This document shows, piece by piece, positions 1-11,142 of a DNA stretch of 64,000 nt. Numbering within the stretch: position 1 is the stretch's first letter; each line of letters starts with the position of its first letter. Location of the stretch: positions 1,376,001-1,440,000 of the forward strand of contig CBDBCF010000001.1 of the NCBI GenBank assembly GCA_965202985.1. Reading direction: 5' to 3'. The notes beneath the pieces are model-generated. The model was not told the origin of the DNA and did no database searches. It was given only the letters and a program-made list of their open reading frames with translations. This DNA comes from Longimicrobiales bacterium. Lineage in GTDB: Bacteria; Gemmatimonadota; Gemmatimonadetes; Longimicrobiales; Gaopeijiaceae. A program made the position numbers and the translations under genes.

Positions 1-2306
1 ACCGGCGCGTGGGGAAGGTTGTTCTGCAGCGGCTGCCAGCTGTCGCCGTGGTCGAAGGAGACGTAGATGGCGTTCTCGGTGCCGGCGTAGAGCAGGCCGG
101 GCCGCTTCGGGTCCTCCACGACGACTTTGGTGTAGCTGAGCATCGTCGGCGGAATGCCGTCGGTGATCTTGTCCCACGACTGGCCGTAGTCGCGCGTGCG
201 GTAGAGGTGCGGATCGCGGATGTTGACCTGATGGCCGTCGGCGGCCAGGTAGGCGGTGCCGGCGTCGTGTCGGGACGGGGCGATGCTTCGCACGGCGATC
301 CATTCCGGCAGCCCGGAGACGTTGGCGGTCACGTCGGTCCACGTAGCGCCGCCGTCGCGGGTCAGATGCACAAGTCCGTCGTTGGTGCCGGCCCAGATCA
401 GCCCTGCTTCGACGGGCGACTCGGCGATGCCGAACACCGTGCCCGCGTATTCGACGCCGATGTTGTCGCCGGTCAGGCCGCCCGAGAGGCCCATGCGGCT
501 CTGGTCGTTCAGGGTCAGGTCGGGGCTGATCACCTCCCAGCTCTGGCCGCCGTTTCGCGTGCGGTGCACGTGCTGGCTGCCTACGTAGACCGTGTTGGCG
601 TCGTGGGGCGAGATGTGGATCGGCGCGTCCCATATGAAGCGGTAGCGCACGCCCGACGCCGCGCCCCGGCTCTGCTCCGGCCACACTTCGACCGACCGGA
701 ACTGGCGTCGCGCCTCTTCGTAGCGCACCACGATGCCGCCCACCATGCCCGATCCCGAAGCCGACGACCACACAATGTTCGGATCGGTCGGGTCGGGCGT
801 GGCCCAGCCGCTCTCGCCGCCGCCCACGTGGTGCCACATGCCCCTAGGGATGCCGGTGATGCGGCGCTGTCCCATGATGCGGCTGTTGCTGGGGCCGCGG
901 TACGTGGGTTCGTCCTGCTTGTTGCCCAGCACGTTGTAGGGGATCGCGTTGTCCACCGTCACGTGGTACATCTGCGCGTTGGTGAGGCGCTGGCGGAACC
1001 AGGACTTCCCTCGATTGCCCGAGATCGACAGCCCTTGGTCGTGGGCCACGATCATGCGGTCGGCGTCGGCCGGGTCGATCCACATGTCGTGATGGTCGCC
1101 CCCCGGCGCCTGGCGACGCGGCACCACGCCCAGCGTGCGCCCGCCGTCGGTGGACACCGCGAACGAAGCGGTCAGGAAGTACGCCTCGTCCTCGTCGGAG
1201 GGCGACACGACCACTCGCGAATAGTAGTGCGGCCTGCCCATCGCGTTGCGGTTGCGCGTGATCAGCGCCCAAGTGCGCCCGCCGTCTTCGGAACGCCAGA
1301 CCTGCCCGTCCTCCGTCTCGCGCCCCTCCCACGGAATGCCGTCGCCCGTTTCGAGCATGGCGTAGACCCGGCGCGGGTTGGACGGCGCGACCGCCACCGC
1401 CACCTTGCCCACCGGCTTCTCGGGCAAGCCGATGCCGTTGTCCGGCCCCGACAGCCGGCGCCACGTGTCCCCGCCGTCGCGCGAGACGTGAAGGCCGCCG
1501 CCCGGTCCGCCGCTGGTGCGCCCCCACGTGTGAATCTCCAGCTGCCACGTGCCCGCGAAGAGGATGCGCGGGTTGGTCGGGTCCATCGCCACGTCGGAGC
1601 AGCCCGTGTCCTCGTCCACGAACAGGACCCGCTCCCAGTTGGCGCCGCCGTCGGTGGTGCGGAAGAGCCCGCGTTCCTGCTGCGGACCGTAGGCGTGGCC
1701 CAGCGCGCACGCGAACACGACGTCCGGGTCCGACGGATGCACCACCAGTCGCGGAATCCGCCCCGTCTGCTCCAACCCCATGAGCGTCCAGGTCCTCCCC
1801 GCGTCCACCGACTTGTAGATGCCCTGCCCGATGGAGACGTGGCTCCGAATCTTCCCTTCCCCCGTGCCGGCCCAGACAATGTTCGGATCGGACGGCGCCA
1901 CCGCGAGCGCCCCGATCGACTGCACCGGCTGGTCGTCGAAGATCGCGTCCCAGTGCACGCCGCCGTCGGTCGTCTTGTAGACGCCCCCCGAAGCCGCCCC
2001 GACGTAGTACGTGTGCGGATCGCCCGAGATCCCCGCCGCTGCGCTGAACCGGTTCCCCTCCGGCCCGATGTGGCGCCATTCAAGGGCCGTGTAGTCGGCC
2101 GGGGCGGGGGTGGTCTGGGCGGCGAGGGGGGCGGGGATGGGGATGACGAGCGGGAGAGCCGCCGGGGTGGCCAAGAGGGCCAGAGCCGCATGTGTGAAGC
2201 CGCCCTTCGCGAAATTCGGGAGCCGCTGAAGCACGCGGAGCGCCGCGACGAACGCGGACATGGGGGTGCGAACGAGGGCGGCGGGGCTAGGGGTCATGAG
2301 ATGCAT
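1..2306 (-). CDS. Secreted BNR/Asp-box (VPS10/sialidase-like beta-propeller) glycosyl-hydrolase-like protein, 3' end runs off the window
   Basis: Manual minus-strand translation: ATG at 2306 after AAGGAC, signal-peptide-like AALALLATPAALPLVIPIPAPLAAQ, then LEWRHIGPEGNRFSAAAG...YYVGAASGGVYKTTDGGVHW and repeated S/TxDGGxxW Asp-boxes. Not in the ORF track because the stop lies outside the window. Confidence 0.85.
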   Translation of the reverse strand, partial: MHLMTPSPAALVRTPMSAFVAALRVLQRLPNFAKGGFTHAALALLATPAALPLVIPIPAPLAAQTTPAPADYTALEWRHIGPEGNRFSAAAGISGDPHTYYVGAASGGVYKTTDGGVHWDAIFDDQPVQSIGALAVAPSDPNIVWAGTGEGKIRSHVSIGQGIYKSVDAGRTWTLMGLEQTGRIPRLVVHPSDPDVVFACALGHAYGPQQERGLFRTTDGGANWERVLFVDEDTGCSDVAMDPTNPRILFAGTWQLEIHTWGRTSGGPGGGLHVSRDGGDTWRRLSGPDNGIGLPEKPVGKVAVAVAPSNPRRVYAMLETGDGIPWEGRETEDGQVWRSEDGGRTWALITRNRNAMGRPHYYSRVVVSPSDEDEAYFLTASFAVSTDGGRTLGVVPRRQAPGGDHHDMWIDPADADRMIVAHDQGLSISGNRGKSWFRQRLTNAQMYHVTVDNAIPYNVLGNKQDEPTYRGPSNSRIMGQRRITGIPRGMWHHVGGGESGWATPDPTDPNIVWSSASGSGMVGGIVVRYEEARRQFRSVEVWPEQSRGAASGVRYRFIWDAPIHISPHDANTVYVGSQHVHRTRNGGQSWEVISPDLTLNDQSRMGLSGGLTGDNIGVEYAGTVFGIAESPVEAGLIWAGTNDGLVHLTRDGGATWTDVTANVSGLPEWIAVRSIAPSRHDAGTAYLAADGHQVNIRDPHLYRTRDYGQSWDKITDGIPPTMLSYTKVVVEDPKRPGLLYAGTENAIYVSFDHGDSWQPLQNNLPHAP

Positions 2307-2387
2307 GGGCGTCCTTGGGGTTGACGGGCGTTTGTCGGCGAGTCGCATCGTAGAACTGATTGGTTACGAGCTGAGATGGGAAAAGTC

Positions 2388-2451
2388 AAGCCGGGGCGGC
2401 GGGAATCGTGCAGGCGTGGAAGCCGGGGCGGCGGGAATCGTGCAGGCGTGG
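2388..2451. repeat. Perfect 32-bp tandem duplication AAGCCGGGGCGGCGGGAATCGTGCAGGCGTGG x2
   Basis: Copies at 2388-2419 and 2420-2451, read directly. Confidence 0.95.
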
Positions 2452-2553
2452 AACCCGCACCGGCGGGAAGAGGAAGATCTCAGCTCAGACGGGATACCGG
2501 GCCACGCCAGACAGATAAGCTCGCCCTCGCCCGAGGTTGTTCCACACCTTGGC

Positions 2554-2582
2554 TTGACCGCCCCCAAAACTACGGTTACCTT
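2554..2582 (+). promoter_or_regulatory. Putative sigma70 promoter for the ParB-nuclease-SNF2 operon
   Basis: TTGACC (2554-2559), 17-bp spacer, TACCTT (2577-2582), about 70 bp upstream of the ATG at 2652. Confidence 0.5.
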
Positions 2583-2651
2583 GCGGGGACCAAGGCGTTC
2601 CCGCTACATTCACCAAGTCTCTGTTCCTCCAACTTTCCGCGAGGCTGCCCA

Positions 2652-3680
2652 ATGTCAGAGAGTTACACGATGCTGGACGTCAACGAGATCGAATTCGACA
2701 CCGACAATCCGAGGATCAAGAAGGCGCTCGAGAAATACGGCGATCGCTTGACCGCCGAGAGGATCCACTTCGCCCTAACCACAGCGGGTACTGCCGCGAC
2801 CGGGGCTTCGTCGTACGCAAGTCTGCGTGATTCCATCCGAGCCGCACGTGGAATCACGATTCCCATTACGGTCGTCACTCGAAACGGCGGCTACACATGC
2901 ATTGACGGTAACACAAGACTCGCCGTCTACAAGGACTTCGTGAGCAAGGGCGAGGAAGGCGACTGGACCACCATCAAGACGATCGTCAGAAGCAACGCAA
3001 AACCCGAGGACATCGAGCGTATTCGAGTATCTGCCCACTTGGTGGGGGCTCGGGAGTGGCCAGCGTACGAGAAGGCGCGCTATTTGCACTACCTCCGCAA
3101 CCAGGAGTTTATGGATTACGGACAAATGATTCAGCTGTGCGGCGGCAACAAGACTGACATAGAACGTCAGATAGAGGCCTACCATGACATGAACCGATTC
3201 TATCGTGATATGGTAGATGACCAAGCATTCAAAATCGATAGATTCAGTGGCTTCGTGGAATTGCAGAAGCCCGGCGTTAAGGAGGCAATATGGACGGCGG
3301 ATTTCGACCTACAGGATTTCGGCAAATGGATCCGGGACGGCAAGATACTTCGGCTACGCGACGTTCGCTGGCTTCCCAAGGTTCTTGACGACCCAGATGC
3401 TAAACAGATATTTCTCGAAGGCGGCCCTAGATCCATAGAGGAAGCAATAAATCTCCTGCGACAGCGCGCAAGGACCACTGCCGCCGAAGCAGGTACCACA
3501 CTGACATCAGCGTCACTATTCCAGTTGGCCGAGGCGCTAGCTCGCAAGGTTGATGAAATGCCCTACTCCGAGGTTCGTGCACTCAAGACGCGGGAGCGAT
3601 CGGAGTTCGACGAAGGCATCGCGACATTGGAACACTTGTCCGCACGTCTCACCGAGCTTCTAGACGATGTCGGAGAGTGA
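2652..3680 (+). CDS. ParB/Srx-fold N-terminal domain protein (paralog 1)
   Basis: MSESYTMLDVNEIEFDTDNPRI...GITIPITV...CIDGNTRLA (ParB/Srx NPR and DGxxR motifs), followed by WPAYEKA. Start moved from 2376 to the ATG at 2652, where the lower-GC coding character begins. Confidence 0.8.
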   Translation: MSESYTMLDVNEIEFDTDNPRIKKALEKYGDRLTAERIHFALTTAGTAATGASSYASLRDSIRAARGITIPITVVTRNGGYTCIDGNTRLAVYKDFVSKGEEGDWTTIKTIVRSNAKPEDIERIRVSAHLVGAREWPAYEKARYLHYLRNQEFMDYGQMIQLCGGNKTDIERQIEAYHDMNRFYRDMVDDQAFKIDRFSGFVELQKPGVKEAIWTADFDLQDFGKWIRDGKILRLRDVRWLPKVLDDPDAKQIFLEGGPRSIEEAINLLRQRARTTAAEAGTTLTSASLFQLAEALARKVDEMPYSEVRALKTRERSEFDEGIATLEHLSARLTELLDDVGE

Positions 3681-4110
3681 CGTACACCGGTCGCTGGTGC
3701 TCCGAACGGCCAACGCCGTTAGGCAGAAATGCACGCAGTTAGCCACACTCATCACGGACGTACTGGCCAAACCTGGGGATCCTGTTCCGCCACTGGTGGA
3801 GGGATATCGGCCAGACTTATATGGTACTGGCCGTGACAATAGGCTGGTAGTACTTGGTGAGATCGAAACGCTGGCAAGTATGCGATCTCGTCACACCGTT
3901 AGGCAGATTGGAACATTTCTGTGCTATCTCGAGAAACTTTCACTGCATGGATGCCTTGTCTTGGCGGCCGAGGGAAACGGAGCCGATCGTGCTAAGGCGC
4001 TGCTAGGCTTTCTCGTTGCAGAACACTCTATTGAAGTCACTAGTATACTGGTGTACGATGGCTTGGACTTCTGGCACCTTGGCGGTACGGCTCGATGGCG
4101 TTTGCTCTAA
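3667..4110 (+). CDS. Small hypothetical protein, possible PD-(D/E)xK restriction-endonuclease fold
   Basis: 147 aa; MSESDVH...GYRPDLYG...LVVLGEIET resembles a PD...ExK motif with K changed to E; overlaps both neighbours. Confidence 0.55.
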   Translation: MSESDVHRSLVLRTANAVRQKCTQLATLITDVLAKPGDPVPPLVEGYRPDLYGTGRDNRLVVLGEIETLASMRSRHTVRQIGTFLCYLEKLSLHGCLVLAAEGNGADRAKALLGFLVAEHSIEVTSILVYDGLDFWHLGGTARWRLL

Positions 4111-5585
4111 GGAGACCTCCCCGCCTTGTTGGCAAGCACGATCCCTATCCGTATCAACTTGATGCTGTGCGGGCAATCAGAGGGTTGGAGTACGCAGCCA
4201 TCTTCCATGAACAGGGACTCGGGAAGACGAAGATCGCCATTGATTTGATCCACTCCTGGCTGGAGCAAGATGTGGTTGACACCGTATTCGTAATCACTAA
4301 GAAGTCGTTAGTGAGAAATTGGATGGAAGAAATACGAGCGCATTCGTACTTGACCCCTAGAGTACTATCGACAGATCGGCACCATAACAGCATCGCACTG
4401 AATTCACCAGTGCTCGTCTATGTTCTGAACTACGAAGTGGTTATGGGTAATGCGGAGCTACTTCGGTCCTTCTTGGCAACATGTCGCGTGGCTGCAATCC
4501 TGGACGAGAGCCAGAAGATCAAGAACCCCGAGTCCAGGTTGGCAATATGCTTTCATGACCTTGCAGACTGCTTCGATCGTCGCATAATCATGACAGGAAC
4601 GCCAGTTGCCAATCGCCCATTTGATATTTGGTCCCAAATTAGGTTCTTGGATGGCGGAACGGCACTCGGTAGATCGTTTGCGGCCTTCAGGGCAAGCCAT
4701 GATCTACCGAACAGCGATATTGCAGGTGGCGAATATGGATCTCAGCTGGCGAGGATTATGAATAGAATTCGACAGTTTTCGGTACGGGACACCAAGAGAT
4801 CAGCGGGCATAGAACTTCCAGACAAGACGATCCTCAGTCATCGGGTCGCTTTGGCACCAAGACAGAGAGAGGTGTACGGTGCATATCGAGACCGGCTACG
4901 GCACGACGTATTGGTAGAAGACGGTGAAATGAGGATCGACAGTGCCGAAGAGCTTCTCAAATTGTTGTTGCGGCTCGTTCAATGTGCATCCAATCCGGTC
5001 TTGGTCGACCCGACTTATGATGAGAAGCCGGGCAAGTACAGTAAGCTGAAGGAGATTGTTGGCAGTAGCGATGAAGATGGCAAGGTAATAGTTTGGAGTA
5101 ATTTTGTGGATAATGTAGAATGGTTGGCGAAAGCATTTCAGGACTATCGGCCAACGATTGTTCATGGGCGAATGGCTCTTAGGGACAGAGATCGAGCAGT
5201 AGCGACGTTCAAACATAACGATCGCTGTCGGCTACTTGTTGCCACTCCCGGTGCCGCCAAGGAGGGACTGACACTTACAGTAGCCAATCAAGCGGTGTTT
5301 TATGACCGGAGCTTTAGTCTGGATGACTACATTCAGGCTCAGGACAGGATACATCGCATATCTCAGGTGCGGACCTGCTTTGTTCATAATATGATAGCAG
5401 ACGGTACCATCGACGAGTGGGTTGACCTCTTGCTGAACGCGAAACACCAAGCGGCCCAACTGGCGCAAGGGGACATTGATGAGGCGGAGTTTGGAGCCGC
5501 TTTTGCGTACAACCTACACGAGGCATTGCGGGACATCTTGGCTCCGTCAGAGGGATTAGACGGAACGAAGGACGTCTTTGGGTGA
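4095..5585 (+). CDS. Stand-alone SNF2-family (SF2) helicase/translocase
   Basis: Walker A HEQGLGKT, Walker B ILDESQ, motif III TGTP, AAKEGLTLTVAN, motif VI QAQDRIHRISQ. Confidence 0.92.
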   Translation: MAFALRRPPRLVGKHDPYPYQLDAVRAIRGLEYAAIFHEQGLGKTKIAIDLIHSWLEQDVVDTVFVITKKSLVRNWMEEIRAHSYLTPRVLSTDRHHNSIALNSPVLVYVLNYEVVMGNAELLRSFLATCRVAAILDESQKIKNPESRLAICFHDLADCFDRRIIMTGTPVANRPFDIWSQIRFLDGGTALGRSFAAFRASHDLPNSDIAGGEYGSQLARIMNRIRQFSVRDTKRSAGIELPDKTILSHRVALAPRQREVYGAYRDRLRHDVLVEDGEMRIDSAEELLKLLLRLVQCASNPVLVDPTYDEKPGKYSKLKEIVGSSDEDGKVIVWSNFVDNVEWLAKAFQDYRPTIVHGRMALRDRDRAVATFKHNDRCRLLVATPGAAKEGLTLTVANQAVFYDRSFSLDDYIQAQDRIHRISQVRTCFVHNMIADGTIDEWVDLLLNAKHQAAQLAQGDIDEAEFGAAFAYNLHEALRDILAPSEGLDGTKDVFG

Positions 5586-5904
5586 CCTGCTCCGCCACAT
5601 CTCATCCTTGAATCCTCGGCCCCCAGCGGCAACCGCGCGGGGCCAGGAGCCCGTGGAACATTAGCCCGTCCTTTGTTGTTTGGAGGTTGAGGGGGGCGGG
5701 TAGATTGGGATGGGGATACCGCCGTCGATGCCGGGGGGGCAGAGGGGTCAAGCGACAACATAGATGAAGCTGTCGGAGGCGTCCGTGGTTAATGTCGAGG
5801 GGGTTCGGGCGCGAGGCTTGTCCTGTGGTTTGGAGTCGGGCCGTCGGTGATCGTGGAGCGGGGTCCAGCTAGTTCAGTGCCTTCCCGAACGAGGAAAAGC
5901 ACTG

Positions 5905-7100
<1,196 letters not shown>

Positions 7101-7107
7101 ACGCCCG

Positions 7108-7883
7108 ATGAGCCCCGAGCAGCCCTTCGTCGGGGAACGGCGCCGAGGTCGACTGCATGCTCAAGGAACTGCACATGCCCACCATGAAGGACCTGTGGCG
7201 GCCGTTCGCCGACCGGGCCGAGCGCGAACGCTGGTCGCTCGACAACTTCGACTTCGGCCGCCTGCCGGACTGTCCGAACGCTTGGTCCGCGGCCTCGCCA
7301 ACGGAGGCGACTGGATCGACGACGGCCACAACGTCGTCGTCCTCGGCCCGCCCGGCACCGGCAAGAGCCATCTCGCCGCCGGCATCGGCCTCGCCCTCGT
7401 CGAGCGCGGCTACCGCGTCCTCTACGCCCGAGCCACCGACCTCGTGCGGAAGCTCCAAGCCGCACGCCGCGACCTCGCCCTCGAGGCCGGGATCCGACGA
7501 CTCCACAAGTTCCACCTCGTTGTCCTCGACGACATCGCATACGTCGACAACGGACCGCGACGAGACCAGCGCGCTCTTTCGAACTCGTCGGCACGCGCTA
7601 CGAGTACCGCTCGCTCTTGGTCACCACCAACCAGCCGTTCAGCGCATGGGAGCGCATCTTCGCCGACAAGGCCATGACGGTCGCCGCCGTCGACCACCTC
7701 GTCCACCACGCCCACGTCCTCACGCTCGAAGGCGAGAGCTGCCGCCGACAAGAAAAAAGCCGCACGGCTACCCCCGCACAGCACGCCGGCACCACCGACG
7801 ACGACGCGGGCCGTCCCCGAACGCGCCTTCACAGCCCGCCTGGTGACGCTGCCCCCCGCCGCGACAGGGCGGAAGTCCGTTGA
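7108..7883 (+). pseudogene. istB: IS21 helper AAA+ ATPase remnant
   Basis: AAGGAG RBS and ATG at 7108; fragments LKELHMPTM...LDNFDF, NVVVLGPPGTGKSHLA (Walker A), LVVLDDIAY (Walker B), TTNQPFSAWERIF...AAVDHLVHH spread over several frames. Confidence 0.9.
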
Positions 7884-8344
7884 ACGGCCCCGAATCCGGG
7901 GGTACCACAGGTCGGGTCCGGTCGAATTCTACCTCTAGACGGCCACCAGCAGCCTCAAAACCCGGCCAAGACCGGCCAACTCCTCCGGGGTCACGCCCCT
8001 TCGTCGGCTGTGTGCCACCTCCGAGACCCCGTTCCGCAACCGCCCAAGCCCTCGCCTTGACCCGCTCCCCTTCCGCTACCATCGTTCCCGTCACACGATC
8101 CCGACGGTCTCATCTTGATTGTCGCCAGGGTTTCATTCTGATTGTCGCTCTAGACAGCCTTTGGGTCGTGCGTAAGTCAGTCATCCGTAACGACTTATGA
8201 CTCCCGCGGCGTGAAGTTTCGTCTGGCGGGCTCAGGCGCAGTGAACGATCGCTAACCCATCGTCCACGGATCAGGTCCTGCTCCCAACCGGCGGCGGGCG
8301 GTTTTGGCGACCCCCCTTTAAGAAGGTGCCTGACGCCTTCAGGG

Positions 8345-8373
8345 TTGCTTGGAGCCTTCGGCTACGTTAGAGT
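8345..8373 (+). promoter_or_regulatory. Putative sigma70 promoter for the ParB-radical SAM-HATPase operon
   Basis: TTGCTT (8345-8350), 17-bp spacer, TAGAGT (8368-8373), upstream of the ATG at 8512. Confidence 0.35.
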
Positions 8374-8511
8374 GTTGACCGTCCGACACTCCTTCCATCC
8401 TCCGGCAAGGCAAGCCGACCTAACAGGTGCCTTTCATCTTCTCGTCAATCATCCTGTCGAGACGCCGGCTCCCCGGGCCGTCTGGCGCCTTTACTTGAAA
8501 CAGCTCACTCC

Positions 8512-9519
8512 ATGACCCAACCAGAAATTACGATCCACAGCACAAGGATACCCTGCACGGACGACAAATGGCGAACTGACCGGCTGGTCTTCCTGAGCGA
8601 AAACCCGCGCGTCTATTCCTCCATTGCTGACATTCCTGACTTCGACGACCTGCATGATGACCAGAAGCAACAGGTGATCTATCGTCAGCTGCTCAAAGAA
8701 CGGAGCGTCAGGACGCTGATTCCAGACATTCGTGATAACGGCGGCTTGATCGAACCAATTCTCGTGCGTGCCGACACACGAGAAGTTGTCGAGGGTAATT
8801 CCCGTCTCGCTGCCTACAGGCACCTGTATAGCGAATCCAAAGACGAAAAATGGAATACTATTCCCTGCCGACTCGTATCAAGCCTCACCGATGACCAGCT
8901 AGCAGCGCTGCTTCACTCTATACATGTCAAAGGCAAGACGTCCTGGACAACGTATGAGAAGGCCCACTTTACCTATCTCCAACACAAGAAGGGCAAGAGA
9001 ATCGAAGATATCGCAAAGCTGTTTTCGATATCAACATCGAAGGCCTATCAGGATGTCCGGATTATAAAAGCGATGAAAGAGAACAGTGACTCCGATCGTG
9101 CGCACTTCAGCTACTACAGCGTACTCAAGACAAGCTTGAGGAAGGAACTCCGGGACAACACCCAGCTGGAGTCTGCACTCTTGTCGATGATTCGGCGTCC
9201 TGACGACGGTGGCGATCACCATCCGCCATTTACAGCCCAGAACCTACGCGACCAACTGCCAGTGGTACTTCGGAAGCCCAAGATTCTACGCAAGTTCGTG
9301 AAAGGGGAGATCACCCTTGACACCGCTCATGACAGAGCCAAAATCAGCGATACTCAGTCTAAAATGAAGCGAGTTCGTGGACTTCTTAATGACGTGACGC
9401 ACGAGGAGCTACGAGAACTTGGTCAACCAGCCAAGAAAGCCGTTGACTACGAGTGCCGCAAGGTACAGAAGGAGCTCTCCCGCATCCAGAAAATGCTCGC
9501 CAAGATGATGTCCTCATGA
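8512..9519 (+). CDS. ParB/Srx-fold N-terminal domain protein (paralog 2) with HTH-like region
   Basis: ENPRVYS...GGLIEPILV...VVEGNSRLAA, WTTYEKA, then IEDIAKLFSISTSKA (HTH-like). Confidence 0.82.
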   Translation: MTQPEITIHSTRIPCTDDKWRTDRLVFLSENPRVYSSIADIPDFDDLHDDQKQQVIYRQLLKERSVRTLIPDIRDNGGLIEPILVRADTREVVEGNSRLAAYRHLYSESKDEKWNTIPCRLVSSLTDDQLAALLHSIHVKGKTSWTTYEKAHFTYLQHKKGKRIEDIAKLFSISTSKAYQDVRIIKAMKENSDSDRAHFSYYSVLKTSLRKELRDNTQLESALLSMIRRPDDGGDHHPPFTAQNLRDQLPVVLRKPKILRKFVKGEITLDTAHDRAKISDTQSKMKRVRGLLNDVTHEELRELGQPAKKAVDYECRKVQKELSRIQKMLAKMMSS

Positions 9520-11141
9520 GTGGTCATCGCATCCTGCTTGTAGAACCCGGATACAGAAACAAGTACCCACCGCTTGGCCTGATGAAGATAGCCGCGTATC
9601 ACGGACTCGAAGGCCGTGGGGATACGGTTAGATTTGTAAAAGGCGAGAACTCAGAAGTACTTGCTGAGGTCTGGGATCGAGTATACGTTACAACGTTGTT
9701 TAGTTTTGAATGGACCCGGACAGCACGAGCGATCGATTTTGCAATCCGAGCCGCTGGTGGCCAAAACGAACGGGTATTTGTGGGCGGTATTGCGGCATCT
9801 TTGATGCATGACGATTATGTGTCAGAACCTCGATGGTCGGGCGTTAGATTTGTTAAAGGATTGCTAGACGGTCCTCCCGCGACCGCCTTAATGTTGTCGG
9901 AAGACAACTGTGATTTTGGCGCGGACGACGTATCGAGTCTGCCAATAGAAAGAAACGTGCCAGATTACGGAATACTAGACCACATCGAATACAAGTACCC
10001 CGTACACGATGCCTACTTTGGTTACGCTTCGCGCGGATGCGTCCGAAAATGCTCCTTTTGCGGCGTTCCGGCGTTGGAAGGTGGACTTCGAGAGATGCCG
10101 CCGCTTTCGAACCTAGTGCACGGAATCGCGCAGGTACATGGACCCAAGAAGGATCTGATATTGATGGACAATAATGTCACAGCATCTTCCCGATACAAAG
10201 AGATTATCGCTGAAATCAGGGACCTGGGCTTTGTCCGTGGTGCCCGGGTAGAGGCTAACGGCACGAAGCCAGCCGTCAAGCGGCGGGTGGACTTTAATCA
10301 GGGCGTAGATGCCCGTATTCTGGCGAAATCTCCGATGTACCTTCGAGAAATGGCTACGATATGCATTGATCCGCTGAGGATCGCCTTTGATCATCTAGGC
10401 GTTCGGAGAGTCTATGAGACGGCAATAAACATGGCGGCAGATAACGGTATTACGTCTCTGTCCAACTATATGCTCTACAATTTTATGGATACACCAATTG
10501 ACTTGTACACACGAATGGCTTTGAACATTCAACTTAATGAGAGTCTTGGAATTCGCATCTGGTCGTTTCCGATGCGATATCAGCCGGTTACGCTTCGGGA
10601 TCGTTCTCACGTCGGCAAGAACTGGAATTGGTATTACCTCCGTTCATTTCAGATTATGCTACAAGCTACTCACGGAGTTGTGAGTGGCAACCCAGCATTC
10701 TTTCGCCGAGCTTTCGGGGAAGACCAAGATCGCTTTCTCGAACTTCTTGGAATGCCGCACGCGTTTATTTTCTTCCGAGAATACTACGAGGCTGGCGGCG
10801 GCACGGCGGTGCGAGAAGAATATGAGGCATTGCGTAAACGGCTGACGTCTAGTCAGCGGAAGGAATTGCTTGGCATGGTGCTTGGCCAACATGTGCATCG
10901 AGGCCGTGACGAGTTTCTCAGAAGAACGAAGGATCGACAAATTGACCGTCAAGTGAGAAAGATCTTACGTTTTTATGCGCTGGACACCAAAGAACGATCC
11001 AAGCTCGAGGGTCAGAAAATTTTGGCAGACACTGAAGACCTAGCGCCCGGCATGCCGGATGCAGAACGCAGGGTCGAGGACGCAGGGTTGTACGACGACG
11101 GACCGGCAACCGGTGGTCGCCTAGTTGCGTTAGCGACATGA
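9516..11141 (+). CDS. Radical SAM enzyme with N-terminal cobalamin-binding-like domain
   Basis: ATGA overlap with the upstream stop; ILLVEPGYRNKYPPLGLMKIAAYH...VFVGGIAASL N-terminal domain; RGCVRKCSFC (CxxxCxxC, 10038-10061); LMDNN; VDFNQGVDAR. Confidence 0.9.
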   Translation: MSGHRILLVEPGYRNKYPPLGLMKIAAYHGLEGRGDTVRFVKGENSEVLAEVWDRVYVTTLFSFEWTRTARAIDFAIRAAGGQNERVFVGGIAASLMHDDYVSEPRWSGVRFVKGLLDGPPATALMLSEDNCDFGADDVSSLPIERNVPDYGILDHIEYKYPVHDAYFGYASRGCVRKCSFCGVPALEGGLREMPPLSNLVHGIAQVHGPKKDLILMDNNVTASSRYKEIIAEIRDLGFVRGARVEANGTKPAVKRRVDFNQGVDARILAKSPMYLREMATICIDPLRIAFDHLGVRRVYETAINMAADNGITSLSNYMLYNFMDTPIDLYTRMALNIQLNESLGIRIWSFPMRYQPVTLRDRSHVGKNWNWYYLRSFQIMLQATHGVVSGNPAFFRRAFGEDQDRFLELLGMPHAFIFFREYYEAGGGTAVREEYEALRKRLTSSQRKELLGMVLGQHVHRGRDEFLRRTKDRQIDRQVRKILRFYALDTKERSKLEGQKILADTEDLAPGMPDAERRVEDAGLYDDGPATGGRLVALAT

Positions 11142-11142
11142 G

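Noticed and set aside
9..2324. 771-aa plus-strand ORF
   Set aside because: Antisense shadow of the real minus-strand BNR gene; no motifs.
2388..2451. Possible mini-CRISPR array
   Set aside because: Two abutting copies, no spacer, no cas genes.
2376..2651. N-terminal 92 aa of track ORF 2376..3680
   Set aside because: Runs through the tandem repeat and promoter candidate; the ParB-like sequence starts at 2652.
8057..8082. TTGACC...TACCAT outward promoter in the IS end
   Set aside because: Spacer is only 14 bp.
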